Positions 31,934 through 40,751 of a DNA stretch of 64,000 nt are shown piece by piece. Numbering within the stretch: the stretch's first letter is position 1; every line of letters starts with the position of its first letter. The notes under the pieces were generated by a model. That model saw only the letters and a program-made list of their open reading frames with translations. It was not told where the DNA came from and did no database searches. Origin of the DNA: an uncultured Gemmatimonadales bacterium (GTDB lineage: Bacteria; Gemmatimonadota; Gemmatimonadetes; Gemmatimonadales; GWC2-71-9); the NCBI GenBank assembly GCA_963730185.1, contig CAVSQW010000002.1:190442-254441 (forward strand). The letters are read 5' to 3'. A program made the translations under genes and the position numbers.

Positions 31934-32893
31934 ATGACCGAAATCGCGCAACAGGATCTGTCGGAAGTCGAATCCCTGCTGGCCTCCCGCCAGCGGCTGA
32001 GCGACTGGCTCGACAAACTCGAGGCCGCCGGGTCGAAGACCCCGGCGTCCGTCCGAGAGCGGGTCCGGTCGGACTATCAGGGCCGGCTGGCCCAGGTGGT
32101 GGAGCAGCTCCGCGGGCATTCCGACGTCATCACCAACAGTTTGCAAGGTCTCCGGGCCCACTCGGGCGAGTACGAGGAGCTGCGCAACGAGGAGGTGGAG
32201 ACCCTGGCCGAGGCCGAGCTTCGGTACAGCGTCGGCGAGTACAGCGACGAGGAGTGGAAGACGGTCGAGGACGACAGTACCGGGAAGATCAGTGGCTTGG
32301 ACGAGGAGCTCGCCCGGCTGGCCGGTGAGATCGATCGGCTGGAGGAGGTGCTCTCCCAAATCGCGCCCCCGCCTGAACCCGCGCCCGCGCCGCCGCCCAT
32401 GGCCGCGGCACCCGTGCCGGAGCCTGCACCCGCGCCCGCGCCGCCCCCGGTGGCGGCATCGGCTCCCGGCCAGCCGCTCAGTCTGGTCCGGGACGAGGAG
32501 CAGTCCCACGAGGAAGCCGCCCCGGCCGCGCCCGCCGCGCCGGCAGCCGATCCGCCCGAGGCTCCCCGGTTCGTGCCGAGGGCGGGGCGCGCTCAGCGGG
32601 CGTCGGGCCCGGCCCGGTCAATCCCGTTCCCGGCCGCCCGGGAGCCGATGCCGCCCCGGGAGCCCGCCCCGTCGTCGTCGGTGGACGAGCTGACCTTTCT
32701 CCGCTCGATGACGCTGGAGCCCCGGAACTCGGGGGGGACCACGGCGGCCACCCCGCCCGCGGCCGCCGAGCCCAAGACGGACCGGCCCAGCCAGACGGTG
32801 CCCAAGACCCTCAAGTGCGGCGAGTGTGGAGCGCTGAACCGGCCGACCGAGTGGTACTGCGAGCGATGCGGGGCGGAGCTGGCGGCGGTCTAG
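31934..32893 (+). CDS. Coiled-coil protein with Pro/Ala linker and C-terminal C4 zinc ribbon
   Basis: Acidic coiled N-terminus, PAPAPP linker, CGECGALNRPTEWYCERCG. Confidence 0.8.
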   Translation: MTEIAQQDLSEVESLLASRQRLSDWLDKLEAAGSKTPASVRERVRSDYQGRLAQVVEQLRGHSDVITNSLQGLRAHSGEYEELRNEEVETLAEAELRYSVGEYSDEEWKTVEDDSTGKISGLDEELARLAGEIDRLEEVLSQIAPPPEPAPAPPPMAAAPVPEPAPAPAPPPVAASAPGQPLSLVRDEEQSHEEAAPAAPAAPAADPPEAPRFVPRAGRAQRASGPARSIPFPAAREPMPPREPAPSSSVDELTFLRSMTLEPRNSGGTTAATPPAAAEPKTDRPSQTVPKTLKCGECGALNRPTEWYCERCGAELAAV

Positions 32894-32912
32894 CGGGTCA
32901 GGGCGGAACGCC

Positions 32913-32948
32913 AAGAGGGGGCCCGGGATCGGGGCCCCCTCTTCGTTT
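32913..32948. terminator. Intrinsic terminator between convergent genes
   Basis: 12-bp stem AAGAGGGGGCCC / GGGCCCCCTCTT followed by CGTTT. Confidence 0.75.
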
Positions 32949-32969
32949 CGGTACGAGCCGACCGTCCGA

Positions 32970-33212
32970 CTACTTGATCTTGTTGAGCCGGCTCTTCTGG
33001 CGGGCGGCAGCGTTGGGATGGATGAGCCCCTTCCGGCCGGCCCGGTCGATGACCTTCTCGGCGTCCTTGAGCGCGGCGGCGCGGCTCTCGGCGTCGGCGG
33101 CGGTGCGGACCCTCTTGATGGCGGTCCGGAGTTGGCTCCGCTGGGCCCGATTGCGGACGGTAGCGGCGGTGGTCTGACGCAGGCGCTTTTTGGCGGACTT
33201 GATCTTCGGCAC
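32970..33212 (-). CDS. rpsT: 30S ribosomal protein S20
   Basis: GTG start; PKIKSAKKRLRQ...IDRAGRKGLIHPNAAARQKSRL. Confidence 0.96.
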   Translation of the reverse strand: MPKIKSAKKRLRQTTAATVRNRAQRSQLRTAIKRVRTAADAESRAAALKDAEKVIDRAGRKGLIHPNAAARQKSRLNKIK

Positions 33213-33401
33213 GAAAGAACTCCCCTGAGATCGATCCGGCCTCCGGCCGGTGGATTCCGAGCCCACCAAGATAGCGTAGGTCTGCTGGCCTCGGCAAGTT
33301 GCGTTGGCACCGCCCCTTCGCACCGAGGCTCGATGGAGCCATATTCCGGGGAGAACGAGCGTCCCCGTGTCCTTCTCGAGCAACCGTATCGAGCCTTCGC
33401 C

Positions 33402-34202
33402 ATGACCGCAGTTGGTACCGGACCCCTTCCCGATCAGACGCCCGCCCCCGATCAGGCGGTTCCGGCGGCGGCGCTGGGCGGAGATGGGTTCGTGGTCCAG
33501 CTGGAGGCGTTCACCGGCCCGCTCGATCTCCTGCTGCACCTGCTCCGCGAGGAGCAGATCGACATCGCCGACATCCCGATCGCCCGGATCGCGGACCAGT
33601 TCCTGAGCGCCATTCACCTGTTGGGGCTCAACCAGGCGGCTGATTACCTGGACATGGCCAGCCGGCTGGTCCGGCTCAAGGCCCAGATGCTCCTCCCCCG
33701 GGGCGGCGATGGCGAGGAGTGGGAGGATCCGCGGGCCGAGCTGGTCCGGCGCCTGCTCGAGTACCAGCAGATCAAGGAGATCGCGCTCTGGATGGGGGCG
33801 GCGGCCGACCGGCGGGCGCTTTCGTTCGGCCGCGGCTATCTCCCGCCGGCGCCCGAGCTGCCCCCGCCGCCTCTCCGGCTGGACCTGGTCGACCTGCTGG
33901 CCGCGGTGGAACGGGTGGTCGCCGCGATCCTCCATCCGGTGCTCCACAGCGTGGTGGCCCGGCCGCTCAACGTGGAGGGGGCCACCCTCCGGATCCGGAC
34001 CCTGCTGGACGAGCGGGGCCGGATCACCTGGGCCGAGGCGCTCGGTCCCGCTCCCACGATCGTCGACGTTCTCTCGACGCTGCTGGCCCTGTTGGAGCTG
34101 GCCCGGCGTGGCGTTGCCTCCCTTCAACAAGAGCAGGCCTTCGGGCCGCTGGTGATCTCTCGTGAGCCCTCTGAACGAGAACTCGTTCCTGCCGCTTCTT
34201 GA
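33402..34202 (+). CDS. scpA: Segregation and condensation protein A
   Basis: FTGPLDLLLHL, RLKAQMLLP, DPRAELVRRLLEY, LALLEL. Confidence 0.93.
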   Translation: MTAVGTGPLPDQTPAPDQAVPAAALGGDGFVVQLEAFTGPLDLLLHLLREEQIDIADIPIARIADQFLSAIHLLGLNQAADYLDMASRLVRLKAQMLLPRGGDGEEWEDPRAELVRRLLEYQQIKEIALWMGAAADRRALSFGRGYLPPAPELPPPPLRLDLVDLLAAVERVVAAILHPVLHSVVARPLNVEGATLRIRTLLDERGRITWAEALGPAPTIVDVLSTLLALLELARRGVASLQQEQAFGPLVISREPSERELVPAAS

Positions 34203-34764
34203 GGCGGCGCTGTTCGCGTCGCCCCGTCCGGTCACGGTCGAGGAGCTTCAGTCCCTCGACTCCGACCTGAGCCTGGACGAGGTCCGTCAGGGCATCGACC
34301 AGCTCCGGGAGCACTACGACTTCGACGGCCACGGGGTGGAGGTGGCCGAGATCGCCGGCGGCTTCCAGATCGTCAGCCGGCCCGGCTACGCGGCCGCGAT
34401 CGAACGGGCCCAGCTCACAGTCAAGCCGCCCCGGCTGAGCGCGGCGATGCTCGAGACCCTGGCCGTGATCTCCTACCGTCAGCCGGTGGGCCGGGCGGAG
34501 ATCGAGGAGATCCGCGGGGTGAGCGCCAGCGGTGTGCTCCGCACCCTCCAGGAGCGGGGGCTGATCGAGGTGGTGGGTCGAGGCGAGGCCCTGGGCCGCC
34601 CGCTCCTCTACGGCACCACGCCGCTCTTCCTGGAGCTGCTGGGCCTGCCCGACCTGACCAATCTGCCCCGAGCCGAGGAGCTCTCCATCGCCCTCGAGCC
34701 CCCCCGACCCGAGACGCCGGCCGAAGACACCGAAGGCGCGGCCTACGTGGAAGCCGACCAATGA
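34162..34764 (+). CDS. scpB: SMC-Scp complex subunit ScpB
   Basis: LEAALFAS, LETLAVISYRQP, IEEIRGV, GRPLLYGTT. Confidence 0.95.
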   Translation: MSPLNENSFLPLLEAALFASPRPVTVEELQSLDSDLSLDEVRQGIDQLREHYDFDGHGVEVAEIAGGFQIVSRPGYAAAIERAQLTVKPPRLSAAMLETLAVISYRQPVGRAEIEEIRGVSASGVLRTLQERGLIEVVGRGEALGRPLLYGTTPLFLELLGLPDLTNLPRAEELSIALEPPRPETPAEDTEGAAYVEADQ

Positions 34765-35492
34765 CCACTATGCGCCTGCAACGGGCGCTCGCCCGGGCGG
34801 GCGTGGCGTCCCGGCGACAAGCCGAGGATCTGATCACCGCCGGGTCCGTTCGGGTCGACGGTCAGGTGGCCGAGTTGGGCTCCAAGGTCGATCCCGAGCG
34901 CCAGACGATCACGGTCCGAGGCCGGAAGATCCGCCTCAAGGCGATCCGGTGGATCGCGTTCCACAAACCCCTCGGCGTGGTGACCACCGCCAGCGACGAG
35001 CAGGGGCGCCGCACGGTGCTGGACTTCATCCGCGATCCGGCCGGAATGACCTACGTCGGCCGGCTCGACGTGATGACCACCGGGCTCCTGCTGCTGACCA
35101 CCGACGGCGACGCGGTCCACCGGCTCACCCATCCAAAGTACCGGATCCCGCGGCGCTACACGGCGCTGGTGCACGGGCGGCCGGCCGAGGAGCTGGCCCA
35201 GGCGGCTCGGGGCAGGGTGTTGGTGGACGGGCGGGCGGTCGTCCCCGTGGCCGTGAGGGTTCGGCCGGGGCGTGAGGGACGTTGCATTCTGGATGTCACC
35301 CTGAACGAAGGACGCAACGCCATCGTACGGAAATGGGTGGCCGCGATGGGCGCCAAAGTCGAGCGGCTGGCCCGGCTCTCGTACGGACCGATCCGGCTCG
35401 GGGACCTGGACCCGGGCGAGGCGCGGCCCTTGACCCCGGAAGAGATCAAGAGCGTGTACCAGGTCATCGACCTCCCCGCGCCGACCCGCTGA
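34761..35492 (+). CDS. rRNA pseudouridine synthase (RluB/RsuA family)
   Basis: S4 domain RLQRALARAGVASRR; VGRLD; LNEGRN. Confidence 0.92.
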   Translation: MTTMRLQRALARAGVASRRQAEDLITAGSVRVDGQVAELGSKVDPERQTITVRGRKIRLKAIRWIAFHKPLGVVTTASDEQGRRTVLDFIRDPAGMTYVGRLDVMTTGLLLLTTDGDAVHRLTHPKYRIPRRYTALVHGRPAEELAQAARGRVLVDGRAVVPVAVRVRPGREGRCILDVTLNEGRNAIVRKWVAAMGAKVERLARLSYGPIRLGDLDPGEARPLTPEEIKSVYQVIDLPAPTR

Positions 35493-35499
35493 GCCTGCC

Positions 35500-36498
35500 A
35501 TGACGACTGCCCCGGAACGAGCCCCGACCGACGCCGCCGAGATCGAACAGCATGCCGGCCTGTTGCGCCGTGCGGTGGACGAGGTGGGCCGCCGGATCGT
35601 GGGCCAGCAGCAGATGGTGGAGCGGCTCATGATCGGTCTCCTGACCGGCGGCCACATCCTGCTCGAAGGCGTGCCCGGTCTCGCCAAGACGCTCGCGGTC
35701 AAGACGCTCTCCGACATTCTCCGGGCCTCGTTCTCCCGGATCCAGTTCACCCCCGATCTCCTGCCGGCCGACATCGTGGGCACCATGGTGTTCGATCCGA
35801 AGACCCAGGAGTTCCATCCCAAGCACGGTCCGCTCTTCGCCCACATCGTGTTGGCCGACGAGGTCAACCGGGCGCCCGCGAAGGTCCAGTCGGCGTTGCT
35901 CGAGGCGATGCAGGAGCACCAGGTCTCGATCGGCGGCAGCACCTATCGCCTGCCGGAGCCGTTCCTGGTGCTGGCGACCCAGAACCCGATCGAGAGCGAG
36001 GGCACCTATCCGCTGCCCGAGGCGCAGCTGGACCGGTTCCTCCTCAAGGTCCGGGTGGACTATCCGACCCGGGCCGAGGAGCGGGAGATCCTTCAGCGGA
36101 TGGCCGCGGGTGAGTCGATCGGGGTCACGCCAGTGCTCGAGCCCAAGGCGGTGCTGTCCCTCCGGCGCCACGCGCTCCGGCTTCATCTCGACCCCCGGCT
36201 GGCCGACTACATCGTGGACCTGGTCCGGGCCACTCGTGAACCGGCGTCGGTGGGACTGGCGGAGCTCAAGCCCCTGGTGGCCTTCGGGGCCTCGCCCCGG
36301 GCGTCGATTGCCCTGGCGCAGGCCGCCCGAGCCCACGCCACCCTCGCGGGGCGGAGCTACGTAACCCCGCACGACATCCAGGCCCTGGCGCCGGACGTCC
36401 TCCGTCACCGGATCGTGCTGACCTTCGAGGCCGAGGCCGAAGACGTCACCAGCGACGCGATCGTGGAGCAGGTGATGGCCAAAGTGAAGGTGCCGTGA
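35500..36498 (+). CDS. moxR: MoxR family AAA+ ATPase
   Basis: GVPGLAKT, RIQFTPDLLPAD, DEVNRAP, YPLPEAQLDRF, GASPR. Confidence 0.96.
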   Translation: MTTAPERAPTDAAEIEQHAGLLRRAVDEVGRRIVGQQQMVERLMIGLLTGGHILLEGVPGLAKTLAVKTLSDILRASFSRIQFTPDLLPADIVGTMVFDPKTQEFHPKHGPLFAHIVLADEVNRAPAKVQSALLEAMQEHQVSIGGSTYRLPEPFLVLATQNPIESEGTYPLPEAQLDRFLLKVRVDYPTRAEEREILQRMAAGESIGVTPVLEPKAVLSLRRHALRLHLDPRLADYIVDLVRATREPASVGLAELKPLVAFGASPRASIALAQAARAHATLAGRSYVTPHDIQALAPDVLRHRIVLTFEAEAEDVTSDAIVEQVMAKVKVP

Positions 36499-37382
36499 GC
36501 GGAGTCCCTCCCGAGCTGCTCAAGCAGGTCAAAGGGATCGCGATCCGGGTTCGCGGAGTGGTCGATACCCTGCTGGCGGGTGAGATCCGGTCGGTCTTTC
36601 GAGGGCAGGGGATGGAGTTCGCCGAAGTCCGGGCCTACGAACAAGGCGACGACTACCGGAGCATCGACTGGAACGTGTCGGCCCGGCTGGGGTCGCCGTT
36701 CGTCAAGACCTTCACCGAAGAGCGCGAGCTCACCCTGCTCCTGGTGGTCGACCAGTCCGGCTCGACCCGAGTGGGCTCGCCGGTCGCGCGGGCGGCGCGG
36801 GCCATCGAGATCGCCGCGGTGCTCGCCCTGGCCGGGGCGCGGGAGCAGGACCGGGTTGGGGCGCTCCTCTTCACCAGCGAGGTCGAGCACGTGGTGCGGC
36901 CCGCCAAGGGACGCCGCCACGCCTTGAGGCTCCTGCGCGACCTGCTGGCCTTCCAGCCCATCCATCCGGGCACCGACGTCGGCCGGGCGATCGGCTACGC
37001 CTCGAAGGTGCTGGGACATCGGTCCGTGGTGATCGTCCTCTCGGACTTCATCGGGCCCGGATGGGACGGCCCGCTCAAGCAGCTGGCCGCCCGTCACGAC
37101 GTCACCGCCGTCACCATCGACGATCGGCGGGAGGCCGAGCCGGCCGGCGCCGGCTGGCTCGAGTTCGAGGATGCCGAGGGCGGCGAGCGGGTCCTGGTGG
37201 ACCTCGGCGACGGCCGGGTGCGCCGGCGCTGGGAGCAAGCGGTCGCCCGGCGGCTCGAGGAGCGCGACCAGCGGCTCCGGAGCGCCGGGGTGCGCCACCT
37301 CCCCATCGACGTCTCCGACGACTACGCCCCGCTGCTTCGCCGGGCGTTCGCGCCCCGACGAAGGGCGCCGGCCGGACGATGA
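36495..37382 (+). CDS. DUF58 (VWA-like) protein
   Basis: GMEFAEVRAY, GDDYRSIDWNVSAR, VDQSGS, LSDF. Confidence 0.93.
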   Translation: MSGVPPELLKQVKGIAIRVRGVVDTLLAGEIRSVFRGQGMEFAEVRAYEQGDDYRSIDWNVSARLGSPFVKTFTEERELTLLLVVDQSGSTRVGSPVARAARAIEIAAVLALAGAREQDRVGALLFTSEVEHVVRPAKGRRHALRLLRDLLAFQPIHPGTDVGRAIGYASKVLGHRSVVIVLSDFIGPGWDGPLKQLAARHDVTAVTIDDRREAEPAGAGWLEFEDAEGGERVLVDLGDGRVRRRWEQAVARRLEERDQRLRSAGVRHLPIDVSDDYAPLLRRAFAPRRRAPAGR

Positions 37383-38152
37383 TCGCGCCGCTGCTGGCGC
37401 TCGCGGTCCTGGGGCAGCGCCCCGGCCCCGCGACCGTGGGCGACACGGTGTGGGTCGCGACCAGCGCGCGAGCGCCGGCCCGGGTGATCGTCCGCCCGCA
37501 GGCCTGGGACCTCGGCGAGATCGGGCAAGTGCTGGGGCCGCCCGACGTGACCTACCGCGGTGACTCCGTCACCATCCGCTATCCGGTGGCCATCTGGTAT
37601 CCCGGGGAGCACGACCTCCAGGTTCCGGGACCGATCCTGGTGTCGCCCGAAGGCGCGTCCGACACGCTGGCCGCCCGTTCGGTGACGGTTCAGGTGGGGA
37701 GCGTGCTTCCGGGTGACAGCGCCCGAACCCGGCTCGCCCCCAAGCCGGCGGCCGAGACGGTGCCGCAGGCCCGTCGCTCGCCGCTCCCGGTCCTGGTGTT
37801 CCTGCTCGTGGCCGGGCTCGGAGTCGGGATCATCGCCCTCCTCCGCCGAGCCCGGCTCCGCCGCCGTCAGGCGATCCCGGCACCGGCGCCCCCGCCCCTC
37901 GAGGCCGCGGGGGTCCTGACCCGGTGGTCCGGCGCGGGCGAGCTCCGGGCCGCGCTGGACGGCTGGAGCCGGGTGATCGAGCGCTCGGCCACCCGGCTCG
38001 ACGACGAGGCCACCAAAGAGCGGGTGCAGGCCTGGGTCGAGGCGGCCGACCGGGCCGGGTTCACCGATCAGCCCAGCTCGGCCGAGCTGGAACGGCTGAT
38101 CGCCGACGCGGCCCCGTTGCTGGCGCTGGCGGAGCGGCGGAGCACGCCATGA
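37379..38152 (+). CDS. Membrane-anchored hypothetical protein of the bat cluster
   Basis: Signal peptide, beta-rich domain, TM plus RRR; ATGA overlaps on both sides. Confidence 0.75.
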   Translation: MIAPLLALAVLGQRPGPATVGDTVWVATSARAPARVIVRPQAWDLGEIGQVLGPPDVTYRGDSVTIRYPVAIWYPGEHDLQVPGPILVSPEGASDTLAARSVTVQVGSVLPGDSARTRLAPKPAAETVPQARRSPLPVLVFLLVAGLGVGIIALLRRARLRRRQAIPAPAPPPLEAAGVLTRWSGAGELRAALDGWSRVIERSATRLDDEATKERVQAWVEAADRAGFTDQPSSAELERLIADAAPLLALAERRSTP

Positions 38153-39126
38153 TGACCTTCGCGCGACCGCTGCTCCTGGCCCTGCTGGTGCTGATCCCGC
38201 TCTGGTGGTGGCTCCGCCGGCGGGCCCGGTCCGGCGCCGTCCGATTGCCCGATGGCGGCGTGGCCCGGCAAGCGGCCACCTCGCCGTGGCCGGTGCGGGT
38301 GCCTCCGATTCTCCGGTCGGTGTCCTTCGGCGCCCTGATCCTGGCCGCGGCCGGCCCCCGGTTTCCGGGTGACCGGACCACCCTCCGGCGGGAAGGCATC
38401 GCGATCGTGATCGCGATCGACGTCTCGAGCAGCATGCTGGCCGAGGACTTCGCGCCCTCCAACCGGCTGGAGGTGGCCAAGCGGCAGGCGATTGGGTTCA
38501 TTCGCGGGCGAGAGTCCGACCGGATCGGCCTGGTGGCGTTTGCCGGCGAGGCCCTGACCCAGGTCCCGGTGACGCTCGACTACCCGGTGCTCGAGCGGGC
38601 CGTACTCGACCTTCGGATCGGCACGCTCGACGACGGCACCGCGATCGGCAGCGGTCTGGCGACGGCGGTCAACCGGCTCAAGCGAGTCGAAAACAAGTCG
38701 AAGGTGGTGCTGCTGCTGACCGACGGCGAGAACAACCGCGGCGCCATCGATCCTCGCACCGCGGCCGACATCGCCAAGGCCCTTGGCGTCCGGGTCTATA
38801 CCATCGGCGTGGGCACCGAGGGCGAGGCGCGGATTCCCACCGGGCGGGGGCTGACCGGCTTCCGCTACGAGATGCTGCCGGTCCGGATCGACGAAGCGCT
38901 GCTCACCGACATCGCCGATCGGACCGGCGGGCGGTACTTCCGGGCCAAGGACAGCGACGCGCTGAGCCGGATCTTCTCGCAGATCGACCAGATGGAGACC
39001 GATCAGGTCGAGTACGTGCGCTACCGGTCGGCTGACGAGAGCACCCGGCCGTTCCTCTTCCTCGCCCTGGGTGCGCTGGCGCTGGAGTTGCTCTCGGCGG
39101 CGACCTTCGCGGTGCGGGCGCCATGA
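38149..39126 (+). CDS. batA: BatA-like VWA protein
   Basis: BatA-type N-terminal TM, MIDAS DVSSSM, DRIGLVAF, LTDGENN. Confidence 0.88.
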   Translation: MMTFARPLLLALLVLIPLWWWLRRRARSGAVRLPDGGVARQAATSPWPVRVPPILRSVSFGALILAAAGPRFPGDRTTLRREGIAIVIAIDVSSSMLAEDFAPSNRLEVAKRQAIGFIRGRESDRIGLVAFAGEALTQVPVTLDYPVLERAVLDLRIGTLDDGTAIGSGLATAVNRLKRVENKSKVVLLLTDGENNRGAIDPRTAADIAKALGVRVYTIGVGTEGEARIPTGRGLTGFRYEMLPVRIDEALLTDIADRTGGRYFRAKDSDALSRIFSQIDQMETDQVEYVRYRSADESTRPFLFLALGALALELLSAATFAVRAP

Positions 39127-40751
39127 ACTTCGACTCGCCGATCCTACTCTATCTGGCGCCGGGCGTGGCGGTCGTGCTGGCCGTGCTGGCCCTGCTGGCC
39201 CGGCGCCGCCGGATCCGGGCGGCGACCCTCTGGTCGGAGACCCTGGGCCGGCTGGCCCGGAAAAAGGGACGCTTCGCGGGACTCCTGGTGGGGGCCATCG
39301 GCCTGCTCGGCGCCGTGGGCCTGGCCGGGCCGCGGTGGGGCAGCGTCGACACCGGGATCGAGTCGCGGGCCCTGAACGTGGTGCTGGCGGTGGATATCAG
39401 CCGGTCCATGCTGGCGGAGGACGTGGCCCCCAACCGGCTGCAGCGGGCGATCCGGGAAGCCCGTCGCCTGCTGGAGGATGCCCGGGGCGATCGGGTCGCG
39501 CTGCTGGCGTTCGCGGGGCGGAGCTACATCCTGACGCCCCTCACTCTCGACGACGGCGCGGTCCGGATCCAGCTCGACGCCCTGGACCCTGACATCGCGA
39601 GCGAAGGCGGCACCGACCTGGCGGCGGTGTTGCGGCAGGGTGTCCAACTGCTCGGCGCGGCCGCCGAAGGGGGCGCTCGGGCGATGGTGCTCTTCAGCGA
39701 CGGCGAAGCTCACGACTCCCTGGGCGGGATCCTCGAGGCCGCCACCGAGTTCCGGAAGGCGGGCGCCACCCTGATCGTGGTGGGCGAGGGGGGCGTCGCC
39801 CCGGTCCGAATCCCGATCCGGGACGAGCAAGGCGTCCTGGTCGAATACCAGGTCGATGCCCAGGGCGCCCAGGTCTTCACCGACCGCCGCGACGACGTGC
39901 TCCGGGCCCTCGCCGACGCGGCCGAGGGCGTGCTGGTGCCCGCCGACCTGCCGGACCAGGCCGGGGCCGCCTGGAAGACGCTGGCCGGCCTGGACCGGGC
40001 CACCACCCGCGGTCGCCGGCTCGAGGACCAGATTCCCCGTGCCTGGCTCTTCGCGCTGGTGGCGGGGCTCCTCCTCGCCGGGCAGGCCGCCGTCCGGCGG
40101 AGCGGGGCGTTGATCGCGCTCGCCGCGTTGAGCCTGCTGGCCCGCCGGGCGGACGCGCAGCGCCCGGCCCACGGCGACGTGGAGCTGGCCCGGCGCGACT
40201 CCACCAAGGCGCTGGCCGATTACCTGGCCGCCGCCAACCGGCGCGGCCCCGGGGCCGACACGGCGCTCTACAATGCCGGTACCCTGGCGATGGAGGAGGG
40301 CCGGAAGGACGTGGCCCGAAGCGCCCTGGAAGGCGCCAGCGGCTCGCTCGATCCCCTGGTCCGGTTCCGGGCGCTCTACAACCTCGGCCTCGCCGCGCTC
40401 CGGGCTTCCCGGGCCGACACCGCGAATCGGACCCAGCACGAGGCCGAGGCCGCCAAGCAGTTCCGCGACGCATTGCTGCTCGATCCGGGGTCGTTCGCCG
40501 CCAAGTGGAATCTCGAGCTGGTCACGCCCAAGCGGCCCCCACCTTCCGGGGGCGGCGGAAGCGCGCCCAAGCCGAATCAGGGCGGCGGGGGAGGCCAGGC
40601 CGAGTCGCAGCCGCCGCCCGACCAGGGTGGGATGTCGCGGGCCGAAGCCGAGCAGATCCTCGCCTCGGTGGAGCGGACCGAGCGGGCGGTGCGGGCCGAC
40701 CAGCTCAAGCGCCGGCGGGTGGCCCACAGCGCGGCCGACAAGGACTGGTGA
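39123..40751 (+). CDS. BatB-BatC fusion (VWA plus TPR)
   Basis: DISRSM, FSDGE, TM, TPR (ALYNLG, AKWNLEL), C-terminal KDW. Confidence 0.82.
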   Translation: MNFDSPILLYLAPGVAVVLAVLALLARRRRIRAATLWSETLGRLARKKGRFAGLLVGAIGLLGAVGLAGPRWGSVDTGIESRALNVVLAVDISRSMLAEDVAPNRLQRAIREARRLLEDARGDRVALLAFAGRSYILTPLTLDDGAVRIQLDALDPDIASEGGTDLAAVLRQGVQLLGAAAEGGARAMVLFSDGEAHDSLGGILEAATEFRKAGATLIVVGEGGVAPVRIPIRDEQGVLVEYQVDAQGAQVFTDRRDDVLRALADAAEGVLVPADLPDQAGAAWKTLAGLDRATTRGRRLEDQIPRAWLFALVAGLLLAGQAAVRRSGALIALAALSLLARRADAQRPAHGDVELARRDSTKALADYLAAANRRGPGADTALYNAGTLAMEEGRKDVARSALEGASGSLDPLVRFRALYNLGLAALRASRADTANRTQHEAEAAKQFRDALLLDPGSFAAKWNLELVTPKRPPPSGGGGSAPKPNQGGGGGQAESQPPPDQGGMSRAEAEQILASVERTERAVRADQLKRRRVAHSAADKDW

